Assembly: GCA_951406725.2 (NCBI GenBank)
Contig: OX597820.1
Coordinates: forward strand, 3,782,001-3,846,000
Direction of reading: 5' to 3'
DNA: 64,000 nt
From: Octopus vulgaris
Taxonomy: Eukaryota
Made by a program: the position numbers and the translations under genes. This document shows, piece by piece, positions 27,601-42,000 of this stretch. The notes beneath the pieces were generated by a model. The model was not told where the DNA came from and did no database searches. It was given only the letters and a program-made list of their open reading frames with translations. Numbering within the stretch: position 1 is the stretch's first letter; the number at the start of each line of letters is the position of its first letter.

Positions 27601-29851
27601 TGGTTAGCAGAAATGGTTGATAATGTGATGGCTAGCAGAAATGGTTGATAATGTGATGGTTAGCAGAAATGGTTGATAATGTGATGGTTAGCAGAAATGG
27701 TTGATAATGTGATGGCTAGCAGAAATGGTTGATAATGTGATGGTTAGCAGAAATGGTTGATAATGTGATGGCTAGCAGAAATGGTTGATAATGTGATGGC
27801 TAGCAGAAATGGTTGATAATGTGATGGTTAGCAGAAATGGTTGATAATGTGATGGCTAGCAGAAATGGTTGATAATGTGATGGTTAGCAGAAATGGTTGA
27901 TAATGTGATGGCTAGCAGAAATGGTTGATAATGTGATGGTTAGCAGAAATGGTTGATAATGTGATGGCTAGCAGAAATGGTTGGTAATGTGATGGTTAGC
28001 AGAAATGGTTGATAATGTGATGGCTAGCAGAAATTGTTGATAATGTGATGGTTAGCAGAAATGGTTGATAATGTGATGGTTAGCAGAAATGGTTGATAAT
28101 GTGATGGTTAGCAGAAATGGTTGATAATGTGATGGTTAGCAGAAATGGTTGATAATGTGATGGTTAGCAGAAATGGTTGATAATGTGATGGCTAGCAGAA
28201 ATGGTTGATAATGTGATGGTTAGCAGAAATGGTTGATAATGTGATGGCTAGCAGAAATGGTTGATAATGTGAGGTTAGCAGAAATGGTTGATAATGTGAT
28301 GGTTAGCAGAAATGGTTGATAATGTGATGGTTAGCAGAAATGGTTGATAATGTGATGGCTAGCAGAAATGGAATCAAATTGAGATTATGATCAGTAGATT
28401 ATGCTGTATCTTTATCCTCAGTCCGCCTGATAGTTTTTCTTGGGCGTTACTGAGTAAAGCAATGTTGGGTTATCTTCTCTCCTCACAGACAAAGCTGAGC
28501 AGTCCGTTGGTTATGGCAATCAGTGCTCCAGCTGGTTTGATCAACGGAACAGCCTGCTTTTGAGATTAACGTGCAAGTGGTTCAGCACCCCGTTGACATG
28601 TGTACCCTTAATGTAGTTCCCATGGAGATTCCAACTGTGGCAGGGCTGGCCCTTTAAGTTAGAGGTACAACTCCTTTTTGCCAGCTAAATGGACTGGAGC
28701 AATGTGAAATAAAGCATCTTGCTGAAGGACACACTGCACCATCAGGAATTGAACTCCTCACCTTATGATCTTGAGCCAAGTACTCTAACCATTCAGCCGT
28801 GCTCCTTCATTATAGACAAGGCATAACTGTAGTCCAGAAATTTACTTTGCAACCCGCATGGTTCTTGGTTCGGTTCCACTTCTTGGAACCCTGGACAAAT
28901 GTCTTTTACTCTTGGGTCGATCATCACTGCTACCGTTACCGACACTTACAACATCACCACCACCAGCATCACCACCACCAGCACCGCCAACACTACACAA
29001 CACCACCATTATTATTATTTTTTTGTTAATTTTTTTAATCCATTTTTTGTGCTTACATTTGTTGAAAAGTTTTTCTCCAGTTTAGAGTCTCAAAACTTCT
29101 TGTGATCATTTCTCATCTTCTTTGTGAGGTTCTGCTTCCTGAGATTAACTTTTACCACTTCTTCCGTTGTCTTCTTTAGTCTTCCTCTTCTGCAAATTCC
29201 TTTCATTTAAATTCTTCACCCCTTCTCTACCCAGATGGCATCCTCCATAGTCTTTACATCTCCATACCCTTGTAGCATTCTCTCTCACTCACATGACACA
29301 CACTTCTTCTTATACCCAGTCCTCTTCTCAGCTAATTTCTACTCTCTTAAAAAACCAGCTTTACACATTTAGCAGAGTACACTCTCTTCATCTCATTGCA
29401 CATTTTCTGCAGTTATGTTTCCAACTATCAGCTGAATAATAACAATAAAAATAGTCAGTAACTGGTGTTTGTTCGAGTTGTCTTACATTAAACTTAATAA
29501 TAATAATAATAATAATAATAATATATCATTACCAGCATCGCCTTACTGGCACTTGTGCCGGTGGCATGTGTAAAAGATTCGAGTGAGGTCATTGCTAGTA
29601 CCGCCTGACTGGCCCTGTGCCAGTGACACATAAAAGCACCCACTACACTCTCGGAGTGGTTGGCGTTAGGAAGGGCATCCGGCTGTAGAAACTCTGCCAG
29701 ATTGGATTGGAGCCTGGTGCAGCCATCTGGTTCGCCAGCCTCAGTCATTCGTCCAACCCATGCTAGCATGGAGAACGGACGTTAAACGATGATGGTGATG
29801 GATAATAACAACAACAGCAACAATAATAATAATAACAACAATTACAATAGC

Positions 29852-29893
<42 letters not shown>

Positions 29894-31433
29894 TGAGAAA
29901 GAAAGCAAACTTTGCTGGATCATAGATATAGCATGCCCAGCTGACAACAAGGTATGTGATAAGGAAGAAAGAAAAGTCAAGAGATATGACAGGTTAGCTT
30001 GGGAGGTAAAGCAGTTGTGGTCGATGAAAAAGGTAGCAGTAGTACCAATAATTGTCGGAGCCCTGGGATCAGTGAGCAAAAATCTCAAGAAGTACATGTG
30101 GAACCTTGTAGAAGACAGCACTACTTGGAACCGCTCGAATACTCCAGATGGTGCTTGAAAAATAAGAGGTGTTACCTTAGTTCACTGGTAGTGAACAGCT
30201 GACACTGTAGCACATCTCCAGCGTTAGAAGCTGTGCAAAGGCAATAATAATAATAATAACCCTTTGTACCATAGGCACAAAGCCTGAAATTTTGGGGAAA
30301 AGATTTGGCCAATTACATCAACTCCAGTGCATGACTAGTACTTATCTAATCGACCTTGGCAGGATGAAAGGCAAAGTCGACCTTGGCAGAATTTGAACCC
30401 AAAACATAGCAACAGACGAAATACCTATTTCTTTATTACCCACAAGGGACTAAACACAGAGGGGACAAACAAGGACAGACAAACGAATTAAGTCGATTAC
30501 ATCGACCCCCAGTACGTAACTGGTACTTATTTAATCAACCCTGAAAGGATGAAAGGCAAAGTTCGACCTCGGCGGAATTTGAACTCAGAACGTAGCGGCA
30601 GACGAAATACCGCTAAGCATTTCGCCCGACGTGCTAATGATTCTGCCAGCTTGCCACCTTAATAATAATAACGATGATGATGATGATGATGATGATGATT
30701 ATGATGATGATGATGACGACGACGACGATGGCGGCAGCGGTGGTGACAAGGGCGAAGGGTGATGGGGACAATATAAGACAGACATCAAGTGTGGGGGTTT
30801 ACACATAAATGAAATGACTAAAAATAAAAAAATAGAAAGTATACACTGAAAAAGAAGGGACAAATGCATAGGGTACAAAGGTTAAAAAACAAAAAAAAGT
30901 GGTGGGGAGGATGACAGAGATGTGGCCCTCCTGATACAGGAAGGCCTCTAGGGATAATCAAGGAACCCCACTGTCTGAGATTTCCCTGTAACCCCAGGAG
31001 CAAGTGCCTTCTCCAGTTCCTTCTCTCTGACTCACAGGTTACACTTAGAGAGGTACCATCCACTCTTGCCATTGTTTCAAATTTTGACACAAGGCCAGCA
31101 ATTTTTTTGGGAAGTGGGTGAGTGTTCATCTGGTACTTATTTTATCGACCCCGAGAGAATGAAAGGAAAAGTCAACCTCAGCAGGATTTGAACTCAGAAC
31201 CTAGTGACAGATGGAATACTGCTAAGCATTTCGCCCAGTGTGCTCGTGATTCTGCCAGCTCGCTGCCCTAACGACAGCTCGTTATTAATTTAACTAAGAT
31301 CTTTTGTTGCATGTTTGTGTGAGAGAGGAGACACTTTGGCGTGCTCACAACTTGCCACTATTAGGACAACAGTCGAAAAGTGCTGCACAGAATATGAGAG
31401 TGAAGAGGAAGAGAGAGAGAGAGAGAGAGAGAG

Positions 31434-31465
<32 letters not shown>

Positions 31466-31636
31466 GAATGTGGTTGACAGAAACTGTGCAGAAACATAGT
31501 TGTGTTTGTGCGTGTGTATGCATATATCTATCTATCTTTCTATCTGTCTGTCTGTCTATCTATTTATCTATCCATCTACTTATCTATCTATCTATCTCTC
31601 TATCTATCTATCTATCTATCTATCTATCCATCTACA

Positions 31637-31673
<37 letters not shown>

Positions 31674-32499
31674 CCGACCTGTGGGCTTATGTCGAACAAC
31701 TGCTGTCACGTGTGGGACGAGTCGGTTTATCAGCTGAGTCTATCGTCAATGTTGTCACGCCTCCTTCCTTCAAACGGGAAGGGAGAGCTATTTTCATCAT
31801 CCTTGTGGCTATGGCGAAAGAATGTATCTGTTGAACGCGTCTGCAAGGATTGGAGACAAACACTTTCCTCTCTGGTCAATCTCTCATCAACTTCTTCAAG
31901 TATCACGTGAAAAGGAAAGTGAGAGTAGAGAGGCAAGTTTTGTCTAGCGAATGTTTTAAAAAAAGATGGGTGAATGTAGCAAGAATGGCACGTATGAATG
32001 ACGAATCCACCTTGAGCATAATCCTATGAACCTAGAAATTGAAAACAGAGGGTTACCTACTTGCAAACAAATGTGGTAACATATAACAATATTGACCAAG
32101 GTTACCGGGGTCTTTTTCGTAGGCTTTTCTTCCCACGGATAAACCTTACTTGCTTTCCTCTTTACACCATATATACACTGTGATACACGATCCCTACTGA
32201 TCGTTTTTTTTTTCCTCTTCCCCTTTTTTCCCCCTTTTTTCTTCTTTTTTCATTTCTCTTTTCTTTTGTTCCTTTTCCTTTTCTTTTTTTTCTTTTTCTT
32301 TTTTTTATTTTTATTCTATTTTTTTTCTTTCTTTTTTTTCGTTCTTTTCTTCCCTTTTACGACCCCTCTTGATCGAAAACCTACGCCCCCCCCTTTTTTT
32401 TGTTTCTTTTGTTTTTTGATTTTTTCATCCCCGAAAAGAAAAGCTCTACCTTGTAATTTGTCCCATCTGTGTGCAGCCCTGTGTGGCCAATAAAGAAAC

Positions 32500-32595
<96 letters not shown>

Positions 32596-33032
32596 ATATT
32601 TATTGATTTATCTATATTATATATATGTCTGTATTTATATTTGTTATGTATTTATGTATGTATGTGTGTATGTGAGTGTATATGTGTATATATACACATG
32701 CACATACATTTAATATAGATGATATAATACAGATAGCTATGCACGTACACACACGCACATATATGTATACATATATATATATATATGTATATGTAATGTA
32801 TGTATTTATGTGTGTGTGTGTGTATAAGCACACACAAACAAGCCCATGCTTTTGTTTGTGGTATCGATTGTTTGTGTTTATGTATTTGACACAATGGCTC
32901 TTGTTTAAAATAATCTGCTTTGTGTCAGAATGGCAACTCAAACTAATCAATAAAATACAGATTGATTAAATATACGTGTTCCTGAAACACTGTTGAAGAG
33001 GAGGAGGAAGTGGTGGTGGTGGTGGCGGTGGC

Positions 33033-33064
<32 letters not shown>

Positions 33065-36000
33065 TGGTGGTGGTGGTGGTGGTGGTGGTGGTGGTGGTGG
33101 TGGTGGTGGTGGTGGTGGTGGCAGTAGTGGTAGTAGTGGCGGCGGTGGTGGTGGTGGTCTTGGTGGTGGTGGTGGTGGTGGTGGTGGTGGTGGTGGTGGT
33201 GGTGGTGGTGGTGGTGGTGGTGGTGGTGGTGGTGGTGGTGGTGGTCTTGGTGGTGGTGGTCTTGGTGGTGGTGGTGGTGGGTGGTGGTGGTGGTCTTGGT
33301 GGTGGTGGTCTTGGTGGTGGTGGTGGTGGTGGTGGTGGTCTTGGTGGTGGTGGTCTTGGTGGTGGTGGTGGTGGTGGTGGTGGTGGTGGGTGGTGGTGGT
33401 CTTGGTGGTGGTGGTCTTGGTGGTGGTGGTGGTGGTGGTGGTGGTGATCTTGGTGGTGGTGGTCTTGGTGGTGGTGGTGGTGGTGGTGGTGGTGGTGGTG
33501 GTCTTGGTGGTGGTGGTCTTGGTGGTGGTGGTCTTGGTGGTGGTGGTGGTGGTGGTGGTGGTGGTGGTCTTGGTGGTGGTGGTCTTGGTGGTGGTGGTGG
33601 TGGTGGTGGTCTTGGTGGTGGTGGTGGTGGTGGTGGTGGTGGTGGTGGTGGTGGTCTTGGTGGTGGTGGTCTTGGTGGTGGTGGTGGTGGTGGTGGTGGT
33701 GGTGGTGGTGGTGGTGGTGGTGGTGGTGGTGGTGGTGGTGGTGGTGGCAGTAGTGGTAGTAGTGATGGTGGTGGCAGCAGCGGGGAGAAGATGGTGATGG
33801 TCTCTGTAGGCTGTGACTTGTCTTGGCTGCAATCCAATAACTGAAAACCAGTCAATGGAAAGGAGAACAAGCAACAACGCTTAACTAATATTCCTTGTGT
33901 TTTTGTTTTTATTGACCAAAACAAAACATGTAATTCCTATTCTACACATGAGGTGCCGATTCAGCCGTGTTGTTAACCCATTCACTGCCAAATTTTTTAT
34001 TCATATTTTTTGGCTTTGCCAGGTGACTTAGGAGTTAGAATAATATATTTCTTATTTAAATTTTCTTCATATATGAATTATTTTGGAAATTATAAATTTT
34101 TCGAAAAGTCCCAAATGGGGATCACTGAAAAACAAGCATATTTATCCTTTTCTATTCAATTGCAATAATAAACATTTTAGTTGTTTTTTTTTTGATGATC
34201 TTGGTATTATCAAATGCGAAGGTGAATGAAATATCAACGAATGATATAAATGGGAAATGCAAAAACAAAACAAAATACATTTTCAGAACAGTCAATACTT
34301 TTGTAGTTCAAAAATTGCGATTTATGACATAAAATGTTCTCTAGAATTAACCAGAGCCAATAAGGACAAACTTTAACGACTAAATATTGTTAAACACACC
34401 TCTGCAAATGCAATGTCCATAAGTAATCCACTTTAAATACAACAAACGACCGGCAGTGAGACTCTTTTTTAGCAGATTCCCAAATGGGGCTCATTGCAGG
34501 CAATGGGTTAAGAAGCTTGTTTTGCAATCACGTGGTTTCAGGTTCACTCCCAGTACACAACATTGTGTGTAAATGTTGTCTACTATAGTTCCAGGTTGAC
34601 CAATGCCTTGTGAGTGAATTTGTTTTATGGAAACTGTATGAAAGCCCATCATCATCATCATCATCCTTTAATGTCTGTTTTCCATGCTGGCATGAGTTGG
34701 ATGGTTTGACCAAAAAATTGGTAAGCTGGGGAGCTGCACCACATTCCAGTCTGATTTGGCATGGTTTCTGCAGCTGGATGCCTTTCCTAACACCAACCAC
34801 TCCAAGAATGTAGAGGGTGCTTTTTACATGCCACCAGCACAGGGGCCTGTTACGAAACACTGGCATCAGCCACAACTACAACCCCATTTGGCTTCACAAG
34901 TCTTCTTAAGCATGATGTATAGCCAAAGGTCTCAGTCACTTGTCACTGCCTCTGTGAGGCCCAAAGTTCAAAGGGTACTTTTTACGTGTCACCAACACAG
35001 ATGCCAGTTACACGACACTGACATCGGGCCGTGACTATGATTTCACTTGTCTTGAAAGGTCTTCTCAAGCACAGCATGTCACTGAACAGTTGAAGGGTGC
35101 ACTTTTCATGCCACCAGCATGAGTGCCGGTTATGTAACACTGGCACCAGCCACAACTGTCATTTCACTTGGCTTGATGGGTCTTCTTAAGCATGGTATAT
35201 TGCCAAAGGTACCAACCACTTGTCTTTACCTCTGTGAGGTCCAAGGATCATGCTTCACCACCTTGTCCCTTGTCTTCCTGGGTCTACCTCTACCACAGCT
35301 TCCCTCTACATTTACAGATCAGCACCTCTTTACACAGCTGTCCTCGTCCATACACATCACATGGCCATACCTGCAAAGTCATCTCTCATATGCACCACAT
35401 CTGATGCCTCTTTCACCTAACTTTTCTTTCAAGAGGCTTACACCCTGTTGCACGTGCACACTGACTGAACATATCCAGCAAAGCACACTAGCTTCATTTC
35501 TTTCAAGCCTTCGCCTTCACCATATGAATGTATGTATCTATATACACAGACATGTAGGAAGTAAATAGACACTTTTAATTTTCAAAATCTTTTATTTGAT
35601 ATTAATTGGTTGAAGGAGAGCTTTTCTTCTAGCTGCTCATCCACAAGCTTATGCAGATATGTAACACACATTCTTGGACTAACTTCTGGCTGTTTTGCAA
35701 TGTCAGAAGCCTTCAAATGGGGTTCATTTTCCACAATTCTCTTCAAACAGCGAAGCTTCCTTTCCGAGGACCCAGGTCAGCTGGGATGAGAATCTGTTGA
35801 TGCTTTTCCTTGACTTTTGAATTGCATTATAATTCTATTAACAGTAGCAAGAGGAATTTGAAGATTTTCAGCAATTTTTCACTGGCTAAGACCAGCCTCA
35901 GATTGCCCAACAATAAGACCTCTTTGAAAATCTGACAGTTCTGCTGAAATTTTTGTGCGTGTGGCATGGTTACACTTCACAAATGTTTAATATAATGGTA

Positions 36001-39000
36001 CCTGGAATGAAAAAGAATAATTACATTGTAAATTCTACACCGCTGAAAACATAATAAGACGCTTAGATCAGAAATTTTGAAAATTAAAGGTGTCTGTTTA
36101 CTTCCTACATGTCTGTGTGTGTATATGCGTTTCCATGGTTGGAATAGTTTAGTGACTGCCCTGTTAATGTTTTTTATCAAGATTCTTTATCTGTGATTCT
36201 TTTCTCCTGATTATACTTTTGTTTCTCTGTCTTTTAAATCACATTTCTCTACTTTACATCATTTCTTCTCATCACACCCCAAATCACTGCAGTTATTTTT
36301 CATGTCACTTATACATGAAACAAGTATTGTGTGCAAGACACTTATTTTTAGTTGACAAAACCTGAAAACATTTGATATTTGGTGTCAAAATTTTCATCGC
36401 ATCAACTGCAACCTGGTTCCACCGTTGATTATTTAAACACCAAATAATGAATATTTAATCAAAGTTGACAGTCTTTATGTCTTTTTGCTGTGTCTTCCAC
36501 ACAGCAATCATTTTAGTCTCAACCCATTGTCTCAGATCAATTCACTTGCCTGGGCAACCACATGTCTAAAAATCTTATATGAATGCTCTCTGAGAAAGTT
36601 CAAATTCATTTTGTTGGATAAGTCATTTCTGTATTCCTTTTGATTACATCTTGTATTTTACCAATATCAAAATCATAATCTGTATTAATCTTATTTTACA
36701 GATGGTTTATCTGATGACGAAAGAGGAGACTTAAAGGAAGCAAAAGCTATGGCCGAAGCTCTTGGCCAGCATCCTAACATTCTCAGTTTTATAACTGATG
36801 CTGTAGCTAATGGTTTGTAATTCTTGTTTATTTTATTTTCAGATATTTTAAAATTATCTATATTTAAGAGAAGAGGAATTATGTACATTATTTACATTAT
36901 TTACATTCGATGGATATTTGTCCTCATCTTGTTTGTTGTTAACATGTTTCGGCTGATATACCTTCCATTCTTCATCAGGTGTCTTGGGGAAATTTTGAAC
37001 CTAGGTTCTCATTCCTAAGGTATTTGTTGTTGTTGTTGTTGCTGTTGCTGTCATTGTTGTTATTATTATTATTCAGGCCACTGCCTGGAATCGAACTTGG
37101 AATCTTGGGGAATATGGCATAGTGGTTAAGAGCGCGGGCTACTAACCCTAAGATTCCAAGTTCAATTCCGGGCAGTGACCTGAATAATAATAATAATAAT
37201 AATAATATCGCAAAATACTTTAGGAATGAAAACCCAGGTTCGAAACTTTCCCAAGATAGCTAATGATGGCTGGAGGGTATATCAGCTGAAATGTTGTGTT
37301 AATAACAAACAAGATGAGGACAAATATCTGTCAAATGTAAATAACGTAAATTTTAGACTTAATTTCTGTTGTGTCTGGGGAGAGTCATTCTCTTTTGGTG
37401 CCTTATAATTTAACACCCTCATTGGTAAAATTTCCACTCATTTCCTTCTTTATTTTTCTAAAATTTTCATTGCATCTCACAACCTATTCATTAGTTCTAA
37501 GCAGAGACAAACACAAGCACAACGAATCATGCACATTGAGATAATATGATATATATAAAATGAATAGATATACAAGAAACAGGTTTCAGAATTTCTATAA
37601 ACATGATATATTTTATCAATTCGTATCATTCTCACAACCTTTTAAAATTAAGACATTTTTTTTACATGATTTTCATGGCTTAGTTGGCAGAGTGGGGTAA
37701 TGTAATGCCTGTGACCCTTTTTAAGGCCTCCAACACTGAGGAGAAAAAGTGGGAACATTATATTCATGCCAGATCTCTAGACCCTAAATACTTACTACAG
37801 AGAGAATTCAGAAAAGGTATCTAAGGGACACCTAGTGTTTTTAAGCTGGGGGATTAATTTGTGTCCACCAGTATTTAAAAACAGAAAATTAGTTGTGAAT
37901 TTAATTTTTTAAAACTTATTTTTTAATTAGTAAATATTCGTGTGGTTAAGAAGCTTCCTTTGTAGCGTTACAGTTTTGGGTCCAGTCCCACTGGGTAAGT
38001 GTCTCCCACTTTAGCCCTGGCCAGACTAATACCTTGTGAGTGAATTTGGGAGATGGAAACTGTGTGGAAGCCCACTGTATATTATATTATCTCAATGTGC
38101 ATGTATCTTTGTGCTTGTTTGTCCCTGCTTTGGCAACTGGTGGTTTGTTTACATCTCCGTAACTTAGCAGTTTAACAAAAGAGACCAATGAAATAAGTAC
38201 CAGAGTTTTAAAAAAATAAGTACTGGGGTCAATCTGTTTGACTAAAACACTTCAAGGAAGTGCCCCAGTATGGCCACAGTCGAATGACTGAAACAAGTAA
38301 AAAATAAAAAATAATAAACACAAGGTCAGATTAATAAGTATTTGGACTGTTGCCATAGTAACAAAGCTAAAGCACACAGAATGAAGCCGCTTGACGAAGA
38401 TTGACCTTGAACTCTGCTGTGCATGTGTACTAAGTTTTAACGTTCTACCTCACTTCTGTTGTATACAGCAATGCTTGGAAGGAAAGTGTGTAGTGTGTGA
38501 TCATTGCATTGACCATGACAGAGAAAGTTGACATGGCAATACCAGCTCAGAGGCCTAAGTAAAGTTGCAGAAAGTGTATGGAGAGCGGTGTATGAGCTGC
38601 ACACAAGTGTATGAGTGGTTCAGATGTTCCCAAAGATGGCTGCAAAAATGTCGATATTGAGAAACGTTCTGGGAGACCCGCAACCAGTAGAACTGAGAAA
38701 AACATCGCAGAAGTGCGACCAACTGTGAGGGGAAATCGTTGAATCACCATCCGTGAGTTATCAGAGGCTGTGCAGATTAGTTGTGGTTCAGTTCAGTCCA
38801 TTACTACTGAAGATTTGGGTATGAAATATGTGTCTGCCAAGTTTGTGCCAAAACTGCTTTCAGCTGACCAAGAAGACACTTGGGTTTCAGTTGCACAAGA
38901 TTTCCTTGATTGTGTCGAGAACAAAGAAAGCTTTTTGAAAACTTTGCATAAGGCCTCTGAGCAGGTATCATCAAGCTTTTGGCAAAATTCGATGCAGGTT

Positions 39001-42000
39001 CTCTGCTCAACTTTATCATGATCAATGCAATGAACACACGCTACACACCTTCCTTCAGAGCACTGCTGTAAACAGCAGAAGTGAGCCAGAACGTTAAAAC
39101 TTTGTGTGCATGCACAGCAGAGTTCAAGGTCAATCTTTGTCGAGCGGCTTCACTTTGCTTGCTTTAGCTTCGTTACTATGGCAACAGTCCAGATACTTAT
39201 TCATCAGACCACATACACTTACTTAAGGTGCATAATTTCCTGTTATTAAATCAATTATCTTATTAATTTTACATCCAGTCTTGATATGAAAGTTATCAAA
39301 ATATCAATTACATTGACCCCAGTATCTGACTGGTACTTACTTTATCAACCCTGAAAGGATGAAAAGCAAAGTCAACCTCAGCAGAATTTGAACTCAGAAT
39401 GTAGTGACAAGCAAAATACCTATTTCTTTATTACCCACAAGGGGCTAAACATAGAGGGGACAAACATGGACAGATATAGGTATTAAGTCGATTATATCGA
39501 CCCCAGTGCTTAACTGGTACTTAATTTATCGACTCCGAAAGGATGAAAGGCAAAGTCGACCTCGGCGGAATTTGAACTCACAACGTAACAGCAGCTGAAA
39601 TACCGCTAAGCATTTCGCCCGACGTGCTAACAATTCTGCCAGCTCGCCGACAAGCAAAATACCACTAAGCATTTCTCCCAGCATGCTAATGACTCAACCT
39701 TAATAGTAGTAGTAGTAGTAGTAGTAGTAGTAGCAATCATCATCATCATCGTCATTTAACGTCTGCTTTCCATGCTGGTATGTGGTGGACGATTTAACTG
39801 ACAACCGGCAAGCGGGAAGCTGCACTGAGCTTGAATCTGATTTGGCAAGATTTCTACAGCTGGATGCCCTTCCTAATGCTGACCACTCCAAGAGTATAGG
39901 GGGTGCTTTTTTACGTGCCACTGGCATGGGTGCCTGTCAGGTGGTACTGGCATCGGCCACATTCCAACAGTGCTTTTTATACGTCACCGGCACGGGTGCC
40001 AGTCAGGCGGCACTGGCATGGGCCACACACCAATGGTGCTTTCTATGTGCTACCAGCACAGGTGCCAGTGTGGTGATACTGGCATCGGCCACATACCAAT
40101 GGTGCCTTTGCATGTGCCACCAGCACAGGTGCCAGTCAGGTGGCGTCGGCCACACTCGAATGGCAATCATGATGATGATGATGATGGTGATTACAATAAT
40201 AATGATAATAATAATAATAATAATAGTAATAGTACTCTCTTTACTCTTTTACTTGTTTCAGTCATTTGACTGCTGCCATGCTGGAGCACCACCTTTAATC
40301 GAGCAACTCGACCCGGGACTTATTCTTTGTAAGCCCAGTACTTATTCTATCGGTCTCTTTTGCCGAACCGTTAAGTGACGGGGACGTAAACACACCAGCA
40401 TCGGTTGTCAAGCAATACTAGGGGGACAAACACAGACACACAAACACACACGCACATATATATATATATATACATATATACGACGGGCTTCTTTCAGTTT
40501 CCGTCTACCAAATCCACTCACAAGGCTTTGGCCGGCCCGAGGCTATAGTAGAAGACACTTGCCCAAGGTGCCACGCAGTGGGACTGAACCCGGAACCATG
40601 TGGTTGGTAAGCAAGCTACTTACCACACAGCCACTCCTGCGCCTAGTAGATATGTAGTAGATATGGAACAGTTTTCTTTGTATATATCCTGTTAATGCTA
40701 CACGTTTGACGTTTATTTTACATGTAATCCCTTTTATTCATTATCTATTGCTACTGTTTAAAATTCACAACTTGTTTATGCATTGTACCATTCCTAATAT
40801 TTATCAGACCGGCATTACATTGCCCTGGATTATGCTGAAAGTGGAGATTTAAGATCTTACTTGTTAAAGATGCGTAAAGGAACAGACAAAGAGCCCAACG
40901 TTTTGGTTTTCTTCCAAGTGAAGTTGCTATATATTGCCGCTGAAATTGCCTGTGGCTTGCTATATCTTTCTAATCATCAGGTATTTAATAAATTTATTGT
41001 TTGCATCCGTTTTTTGATACTAACATGTTCTTTAGTTAGTTTGGAATATTATAGATATCATCATGTGTTATCATTTAATGCCCGTTTTCTATGCTGGCAT
41101 GGGTTGGATGATTTGACAGGAGTCGGCAAGTCAAAGGACTGCTCCAAGCTCCAATGTCTGTTTCAGTGTGGTTTCTTCAGCTAGATGCCCTTCCTAATGC
41201 CCACCACTGCACAGTGGGTTTTGGGTACCTTGGATTTGTTAAAATACTTCCACAAATTCACATGTTTTTGTTGTCTTCTTTCTTTTGTTATTACTGTTTG
41301 TTTTTCCCTACTTTTCAATATCTAAACTTTTAGAACTAATGGAATTTGACCAAACTGATTTGCTTCAGGGAGATATGACCCAGTAAATATTGCCATCTCA
41401 GTAATCACTCTAATTCATATATAAAAAGAAATAGAATGGTCGTTCTTTTGATCACTGAAAGTTTGTAGCTTGCTTCTGCATTGTTGAATGAGAAAATGTA
41501 ATTTTCTAGCAGTAAAATCACCGCCACAGAATTCTCCCAAAATATCATAAGATATTAGGATTGGTAATCTATTATCTTTGAGATAATTGATATGGATAGT
41601 TTCTGCAGAGAAATATAATTAAGAAGTTTATTGAGAGCTGAAAGCTGCAGCCATTGATTGTCTTCATATTGACCAATAATACCATAGCTAATAGTTAGGT
41701 TTAAATGACCAATTATTGACAGGGACTGGTGTAGCCTTAACCCTTTCACATTCCAGTAACCATGTCAAATAGAGTGTTTATCTATCCATATTGTTTTGAA
41801 TTAATTGTGCATCATCTCGTAGCTTCATGATTTCAATTATGTTGTAAAGAGGTCTTTTTGCCACTGTTGTATCTGTCTTTTGGCGACGGTTGTCACTCTG
41901 ACAGATATTGTTATATTCCAAAGTCAGAATGCTTCTATCTGGCACTGTATGACCCCCAATCATACAGTGATATTATCCTCAAAAGGTTGGATCGTTATAA

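Noticed and set aside
25829-28371. CRISPR-like array
   Set aside because: Contiguous tandem units with no unique spacers, eukaryotic context, no cas genes
32947-33924. Long poly-Pro/Thr/His/Val/Gly ORFs
   Set aside because: Translations of the (GGT)n microsatellite
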